A stretch of 64,000 nucleotides of DNA from Alphaproteobacteria bacterium (GTDB taxonomy: Bacteria; Pseudomonadota; Alphaproteobacteria; MPNO01; UBA830): positions 1,664,001-1,728,000 of the forward strand of contig OZ251539.1 of assembly GCA_965243135.1 (NCBI GenBank). Reading direction: 5' to 3'. The translations under genes were made by a program, and so were the position numbers. Within the stretch, counting starts at the first letter, position 1, and every line of letters starts with the position of its first letter. The notes under the pieces are model-generated. The model had not been told where the DNA came from. It ran no database searches and saw nothing but the letters and a program-made list of their open reading frames with translations. Positions 56,410 through 64,000 of this stretch are shown piece by piece.

Positions 56410-56592
56410 TCAGGGACCGGCAGCGTCCGTAACTTCCTCGCCGTCGTAGTAGCCGCAGGCCGCGCAAACGTGGTGCGGACGCTTGAACTCGCCGCAGGCC
56501 GGGCACTCCGAGTAAGCGTTGCTCGGAAGCGCATGGTGCGCCCTGCGCATGTTCCGTCGCGACTTCGACACCTTTTTCTTCGGTACAGCCAT
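56410..56592 (-). CDS. rpmF: 50S ribosomal protein L32
   Basis: [19 protein letters not shown] and a CxxC...CxxC zinc-binding form. Confidence 0.97.
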   Translation of the reverse strand: MAVPKKKVSKSRRNMRRAHHALPSNAYSECPACGEFKRPHHVCAACGYYDGEEVTDAAGP

Positions 56593-56669
56593 AACCGTGT
56601 CATTTCGAACGTTCAGGGAAAGCCCGGAGACTGATATGCCATACCGCCGCCGGAAGCAACCTGAGGATA

Positions 56670-57170
56670 CTATAACTTCGGCTTGAGTTTCGCCAGCACG
56701 TCGAACGGACTTTCGCGCGGAGCCTCGCGGTCGGCGGATTCCGGCCGTTCGGCGTCCGGCAGCCGGGGATAGGGGTCGAGCGCGAGCGAAAGCTCTTCCG
56801 CGACCAGTTCCCCGATGTCGAGGACGTCGCCCGTCAGGGGCTCCGCATCGTCGAGGCCGACGGTCTCGTCCGGCCTTTCGCGCGTGAACGCGAGCTCCAG
56901 ACGCTCTTCCAGACGCGATTCGACCGGCGCCAGCGTCACCACGCAGGACTGCACGACGTTCGCCCGCAGGTCGCCGTCGACGCGAAGCGTTTCGCCGCGC
57001 CAGACCACCCGGAGCCGGGCCTCGAGCCTGCTCATCGACACGAGGTCGAATCGAGCCGCGAGCGCCGCGCGTTCGTCTTCTCCGGCGGACAGATCGTAGA
57101 TGCGGCCGCCGTTCGGCAGATCGGCCAGATCGACGATTCGGGAAAACTCGGGCGCGGGCCGGTCAATCAT
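56670..57170 (-). CDS. YceD / DUF177 family protein
   Basis: [30 protein letters not shown]. Upstream of rpmF. Confidence 0.9.
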   Translation of the reverse strand: MIDRPAPEFSRIVDLADLPNGGRIYDLSAGEDERAALAARFDLVSMSRLEARLRVVWRGETLRVDGDLRANVVQSCVVTLAPVESRLEERLELAFTRERPDETVGLDDAEPLTGDVLDIGELVAEELSLALDPYPRLPDAERPESADREAPRESPFDVLAKLKPKL

Positions 57171-57708
57171 CGGCAACGCGCTGGAACCGCAATTTCGCGG
57201 ACAGGATGTCGTCGGCCCGCAGGCCGGAAAGATGCGCGTCCTGCTTCCGGACGTAGCGGGCCAGCGCTTCCGCGCGATCCCGCTCCGGAGCGGCGGTGCC
57301 GAACGCGTTTCGCGCCAGCGCGTCCGTCAGGGCGCCGCCGCCCTTGGCGAGGGCGTCGTCGTAGGAAGCGATTCGGCCATAGAACGCCTGAACCATCGTC
57401 TTGACCCGCTTCCCCACCCCCATGTCGCCGGCGCCCATTTCCCGAAGCGCGACGTCCATGTCGTCGAACATCGCGTCGAACAGCGCCTGGGCGAAACCGG
57501 GCGCCCGTCCGCCTTCCCCCTTGAGGCGGCGCAGCACTAGATGAACATGCAGGGCGACCATTTCGAAACGGCCGTCGACGGTGTCGGGCACGCCGAAATC
57601 CCGATAGAATTCGGGCGTTCGCGCCTGTTCCACGATCTTCGCGTAGACGGACCGGGCGCTCCCGCCGGACGACCGCCCTAACAGGGCCGAAACGAAGCCG
57701 ATTGACAT
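57163..57708 (-). CDS. Ubiquinol-cytochrome c chaperone (Cbp3 family)
   Basis: GVPDTVDGRFEM..LH, LREMG.GD.GV.K, FYGR..SYD. Confidence 0.92.
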   Translation of the reverse strand: MSIGFVSALLGRSSGGSARSVYAKIVEQARTPEFYRDFGVPDTVDGRFEMVALHVHLVLRRLKGEGGRAPGFAQALFDAMFDDMDVALREMGAGDMGVGKRVKTMVQAFYGRIASYDDALAKGGGALTDALARNAFGTAAPERDRAEALARYVRKQDAHLSGLRADDILSAKLRFQRVADD

Positions 57709-57762
57709 GATCGACGCGGGGAGTCAATTTCCGGCATCGGAATTCCGGCGGCGGGAAGCGGC

Positions 57763-58245
57763 ATGAAGACTTCGACACGATGGGCGCGGCAATGGCCGCT
57801 GATAGCGATCGCGGCGGCGCTCGGCGCCTGCTCTCCCACACTCGACATCCACGGCAACATTCCGAAACCGGAGATCGTGGAAGGGATTGCCGTCGGCGAA
57901 ACCACCAGAGACCAGGTTTCCGGGATGCTCGGCACGCCGTCGGCCGTCGCCACGTTCGACCAGGACGCCTGGTATTACGTCGGCAAGCGCACCAGCCGCG
58001 TCGCTTTCCTCGAGCCCGAGATACTGGAGCGCCAGGTGCTGGTGATTCGCTTCGACGAGAACGGCGTCGTCAGGCAGGTCGAAAAGCTCGACAAGGAAGA
58101 CGGGCGCGCCGTGGCCATCGTCGCCCGCGCGACGCCGACGCGCGGGCGCGAACTCACGATCATCGAGCAACTGATCGGCAACATCGGGCGCTTCGGCGGC
58201 GGCGGGACCGGAGCCGGGCCCGGCTCCGCGCCGGGCGGAGGTTGA
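57763..58245 (+). CDS. bamE: Outer membrane lipoprotein BamE/SmpA
   Basis: Lipobox LGAC, LGTPS, WYY, EQLIGNIGR. Confidence 0.92.
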   Translation: MKTSTRWARQWPLIAIAAALGACSPTLDIHGNIPKPEIVEGIAVGETTRDQVSGMLGTPSAVATFDQDAWYYVGKRTSRVAFLEPEILERQVLVIRFDENGVVRQVEKLDKEDGRAVAIVARATPTRGRELTIIEQLIGNIGRFGGGGTGAGPGSAPGGG

Positions 58246-58261
58246 CGACGGCGGCACGTTC

Positions 58262-60370
<2,109 letters not shown>

Positions 60371-60476
60371 TGGCTGGATTCCTCGTTTGTCGGGGAGAAC
60401 TGCGGAGGGCGGGTTTCCCTTCCCGCGTGAAGCGCGCGAAAAATGCCAGAAGACTCGGGATCGGGCAAGCGGGCGA

Positions 60477-61670
60477 TCAGGCCGTCTGCCGCGCCGCCCT
60501 CCATGCCGCGAGGCGAAGCCAAAGCGTCGCCGCGAGCACGACGATCACCAAAGGCGCCATGACGAGATTAACGGCTTCCCATCCGACCGTGTGCTGCACA
60601 GCGCCCGCCGCTACGGCGCCGACCGAGATCGTTCCCCAGATGATGAAATCGTTCAATCCCTGCACCTTCGCCTTCTCCTCGGGCGTGTAGGTTTCGGTGA
60701 CCAGCGCCGTGCCGCCGGTGAACAGGAAGTTCCAGCCGACGCCGAGCAGCAGCAGAGCCGACACGAAGTTGAGGAACTCCACGCCGGCGAGATTTATCGC
60801 GATGCACGCGAGGGTCAGAAGCGCGCCGGCGATCAGCACGTTGTGGACGCCGTAGCTCGAGATCAAATGGCCGGTGAAGAAGGCCGGCGCGTACATGCCG
60901 AGAACGTGGACCTGGATGACGTACGACGAATCCGAGAACGTGAAGCCGCAAACGCTCATGGCGATGGGCGTCACCGTCATCAGGAACGACATGACCAGAT
61001 AGCCGAACGTCGCGGCGCAGACCGCGATGAGGAACTTGGGCTGCCGCGCGATCTCCCAAAGCGGCCTGCCGCCGCTCTTGCGCCGCTGTCCCTCCGGGCG
61101 CGGGATGTCGATGAAGCTGACGACGCAGGCCACCAGCAGATAGACGGCGATCAGCGAGAGGTAGACGCCCGCGAACTGCGCCGGAAGCAGTTCCGCAGTG
61201 TTGCGGGCGAGCATCGGGCCGAGGAAGGCCGCCGCGACGCTGCCCGCCAGGACGTAGGATATGGCCTTGCTGCGAAACGCCTCGGTCGCGGTGTCGGCGG
61301 CCGCGAACCGGAAATAATGGGAGAAGCCGTTGAAGCTGCCCGTGAGCATCGACGCGATGCAGAACAGCGCGAAATCCCCTCTGACGATCGCCCAGGCGCC
61401 GACTGCGCCGCCCGCGGCTCCAATGACGGAACCGGTCACGAAGCCGGTTCTGCGGCCGACGCGCCCCATGTAGAGCGACGCGGGAATCGTGGTCAGGGCC
61501 ATCGCCACGAATTGCAAGGCGAGCGGCAACGTCACCAGAGCCTTGTCCTCGACGAGAAGAATGCCGCCGATGATCGGGGCCGTGGCGATGATCGCCGACG
61601 TCGAGGTCATGAAGAGCGCCTGACAGACGGCGAGGAGCAGGACGTTCCTGCGAACGGAAGAAGCGATCAT
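60477..61670 (-). CDS. MFS transporter
   Basis: Multiple TM segments, [29 protein letters not shown]. Confidence 0.9.
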   Translation of the reverse strand: MIASSVRRNVLLLAVCQALFMTSTSAIIATAPIIGGILLVEDKALVTLPLALQFVAMALTTIPASLYMGRVGRRTGFVTGSVIGAAGGAVGAWAIVRGDFALFCIASMLTGSFNGFSHYFRFAAADTATEAFRSKAISYVLAGSVAAAFLGPMLARNTAELLPAQFAGVYLSLIAVYLLVACVVSFIDIPRPEGQRRKSGGRPLWEIARQPKFLIAVCAATFGYLVMSFLMTVTPIAMSVCGFTFSDSSYVIQVHVLGMYAPAFFTGHLISSYGVHNVLIAGALLTLACIAINLAGVEFLNFVSALLLLGVGWNFLFTGGTALVTETYTPEEKAKVQGLNDFIIWGTISVGAVAAGAVQHTVGWEAVNLVMAPLVIVVLAATLWLRLAAWRAARQTA

Positions 61671-61881
61671 GATGCCGCAACATACGCCACGCCGTGCGGA
61701 CGGAAAACCCGCCGTGCGGAAAGCCGGCGCATTCGATCACGCGGGGTTCCCGTCCGCTCCTTCGACGGAGACCCCTTTCCCATTCCGGTAAACGACGCCG
61801 GCGAATCGCGTAGGCCTGACGAAATTCAGCGTAGAAATCTGGAAATTCGACATAGAGTTGGCGCGGGACGCTCCTGCGGAC

Positions 61882-62184
61882 TTAGCAATGGGAAGTCGAA
61901 AAGGCCGTGTACTCGCCTTCCTTGAGGTCGGACTTGGAGATGAAGTGAACCTGCGGCCAACCAGGGGAGTCTTCCGCCTCCCATATTTTGTCGACGAGAT
62001 CCGAGATCACGGCCAGTATGCCCTCGCCGCCCAATTGCTCGACCTCGCCATCGTAGATGATCCTTACGTCCACCAAAGGTTCGTCGTAATGGTCGAAACC
62101 AGGCTTGACGCTGATTCTAACAATGTCGCTGAAGCGGGCCTTGAAAGCCGTCTCAGCAATCTCGCGGACTTCTTGGTTGTTCAT
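61882..62184 (-). CDS. Small hypothetical protein, possible degenerate nucleotidyltransferase-fold partner of the HEPN-like gene
   Basis: 100 aa starting MNNQEVREIAE. Its ATG overlaps the upstream stop (ATGA) and is preceded by a GGAGG RBS. Confidence 0.6.
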   Translation of the reverse strand: MNNQEVREIAETAFKARFSDIVRISVKPGFDHYDEPLVDVRIIYDGEVEQLGGEGILAVISDLVDKIWEAEDSPGWPQVHFISKSDLKEGEYTAFSTSHC

Positions 62185-62685
62185 GTCGGACCTCCTGCCC
62201 GTTGCCGGAACAGTACGTGCGCTGCGAAACCGCGTCTGGCAGCAATGTCCGCCTGCTCGAAATGGCGGATGGCCAATTCCGCGGAAGCGATGTGCCCCAG
62301 AACGTCGGACTTCTGGTATGCGTCCGTATCCAGTGCGTAGTCCGCCTGCTGCCGCTCGGTCTGCAACATGACGAACGCTTTGGCGAAGTTGCGGATTTCC
62401 GTGGGAAACTCCTGCATTGCCTTCCCTTGCAGGCATGCGTTTCTGGCCCTGCCGTGCTCCAATGCGCGGTACGCCCGGTGCCACGCCGGGGTGCGTGCGG
62501 CCCCGATGAACAGGTCGGCCGCCGACGCAGCCAAGGTATGGAACATCGCGTGCAGTACTGACGGCGCGGCGCAGCCGCGCCTGCGTGGGTGCCGCGTCAA
62601 CGGTTTCCGCAAGGGCGCGTGCGGCTTCCGTCGGGTGAATTCGCGAGGTGGAATCTCCAAGGGCTGGTTTCTGGCTGTTCCGCAT
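62181..62685 (-). pseudogene. Frameshifted HEPN-like gene
   Basis: One frame gives QARLRRAVSTA and another continues AMFHTLA...YRALEHG...LQTERQQADY. The frames switch near 62550. The start position is uncertain. Confidence 0.75.
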
Positions 62686-62770
62686 TTTGCCGCGCACTGC
62701 TGCCGTTTCAACATATCCCGCGCCGCCCGGAAGGAAAACATGCGTGCTCCCGGGCAGAAAGCCGTCGCGT

Positions 62771-63736
62771 TCAGAAGTGTCGGTAGCCAGCGCGCTCGAT
62801 TGCGAGAGGGCTCCCGTCGGCATCTTCGACGGAGACACCTTCTCCGTTCTGGTGGACGACTCCGATCCGACGAATTGCGACGTCGGCATGCCGCGCCGCG
62901 GCGGCCGCTGCCTCTTCGCGATCTGGCGGAATGCAGAAAACCAGTTCGTAATCGTCGCCGCCCGCGAGCAGGGCCGCAAGGTCGGCCTCTCCGTTCCTGA
63001 TGAGTTCGAGGGCATGGGCCGACAGCGGGACGGACGCGGCGCCGACGGTCGCTGCGACGCCGGAGGCGGCGCAGATGTGGCCGAGATCGGCGATCAGGCC
63101 ATCCGAAACGTCGGCCATCGCCGACGCGACCCCACGAAGGCTCCTGCCGAGCGCGACGCGCGGTTCCGGCAGCTGAAAACGCTTCGCCAACTCCGTTTGT
63201 CCTCGGCGGAGCGCCTCCAGGCCAAGGGTCGCGTCGCCGATCGTGCCCGAAACCATGACGAGATCGCCGGCCGCCGCCCCGCTTCTCGTCACCGCCGCTC
63301 CGGAAGGAACATGTCCCATCGCGGTGGCGGACATCGTCAGGGAACCCGGGGTTCGAGTCAGGTCGCCCCCCAGCAGGACGACGCCGAACCGTTCCTGATC
63401 GCTTCGCAGGCCGCCGGCAAAGCCCTCCAGCCACGAGCCGTCGATGCCGTCCGGCAACGTCAGGTTGAGAAAATAGGCGTCGGGCGTCGCTCCCATGGCC
63501 GCCAGATCGGACAGGTTGACCCTGAGAAGCCGCCGGGCCAGCGTGTCGGGCGTTTCGTCCGCCAGAAAATGAACGCCGGAGACCATCGTGTCGGTGGTGA
63601 CGACCGTATCCTGCCGTTGCCGCTGAGGCAGAACCGCGGCGTCGTCGGCGAACGCCAGAGACCGCGGATCGTTCCTGCCGAGAGGCGCGAGAATTTCCGC
63701 GATTATCGCGAACTCGTCCCGCGTTTCACTCTTCAC
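62771..63736 (-). CDS. thiL: Thiamine-monophosphate kinase
   Basis: [40 protein letters not shown]. Confidence 0.96.
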   Translation of the reverse strand: MKSETRDEFAIIAEILAPLGRNDPRSLAFADDAAVLPQRQRQDTVVTTDTMVSGVHFLADETPDTLARRLLRVNLSDLAAMGATPDAYFLNLTLPDGIDGSWLEGFAGGLRSDQERFGVVLLGGDLTRTPGSLTMSATAMGHVPSGAAVTRSGAAAGDLVMVSGTIGDATLGLEALRRGQTELAKRFQLPEPRVALGRSLRGVASAMADVSDGLIADLGHICAASGVAATVGAASVPLSAHALELIRNGEADLAALLAGGDDYELVFCIPPDREEAAAAAARHADVAIRRIGVVHQNGEGVSVEDADGSPLAIERAGYRHF

Positions 63737-64000
63737 GGGCTTCCGCCGCTTCGAACTCCCCCGGCCGCATTCCTTGCGCGAGGCGATCGAGCACGCCGTT
63801 CACCATTCCGGGTTCGGGGCCGTCGAAAAACGCATGCGCGACATCCACGTATTCGTTGATGATCACCCGCGCCGGCGTCTCCGGCCGTTCGCCGAGTTCG
63901 TGGACGGCGGCGCGCAGAATCGCCCGCAAGACGTAAGCGAGCCGCTCCGGAGTCCAGCCGCCCGCGAGCGACGGGCGCAGAACGTCGTCGAGTTCGCGTT
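63726..64000 (-). CDS. nusB: Transcription antitermination factor NusB (partial, C-terminus)
   Basis: [30 protein letters not shown]. Upstream of thiL. Confidence 0.93.
   Translation of the reverse strand, partial: RELDDVLRPSLAGGWTPERLAYVLRAILRAAVHELGERPETPARVIINEYVDVAHAFFDGPEPGMVNGVLDRLAQGMRPGEFEAAEAREE

Overview
GC-rich alphaproteobacterial chromosome segment (Rhodospirillales-like gene order, inferred). Most of it is conserved core: pdhB/pdhA-ftsB-eno-kdsA-pyrG-secG-tpiA; ppiD-trpD-trpC-moaC-moeA-lexA-gltX-gltA; gloA-lpxB-lpxI-lpxA-fabZ-lpxD-skp-bamA-rseP-dxr-cdsA-uppS-frr-pyrH-tsf-rpsB-dnaE; and tRNA-Pro-merR-ihfA-fabH-plsX-rpmF-yceD-cbp3-bamE-hppA-MFS-thiL-nusB. A ~17.5 kb accessory block lies between dnaE and tRNA-Pro (about 36-53.4 kb). 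It holds a VOC protein, an esterase, a TAXI-TRAP transporter, ppk2, an orphan DctP, an MFS, a three-subunit molybdenum hydroxylase and an AMDase-like racemase-family enzyme. Inside it is a markedly AT-rich islet (about 45.1-47.7 kb). The islet carries an intact two-gene operon: a TauD-like Fe(II)/2-oxoglutarate dioxygenase followed by a GRDP/DUF1399-like His-rich protein ending in a duplicated CWHxC tail. This operon is my best candidate for an undescribed system. Next to it is a 5'-truncated group II intron remnant interrupted by a 104-bp TA-flanked MITE. Also noted: a 54-bp tandem repeat tail on rpsB, an alphaproteobacterial LexA box, two degenerate HEPN-like insertions, and the absence of trpE/G and comEC from positions they often occupy. 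All family calls come from motifs recognised by eye; no database search was run.
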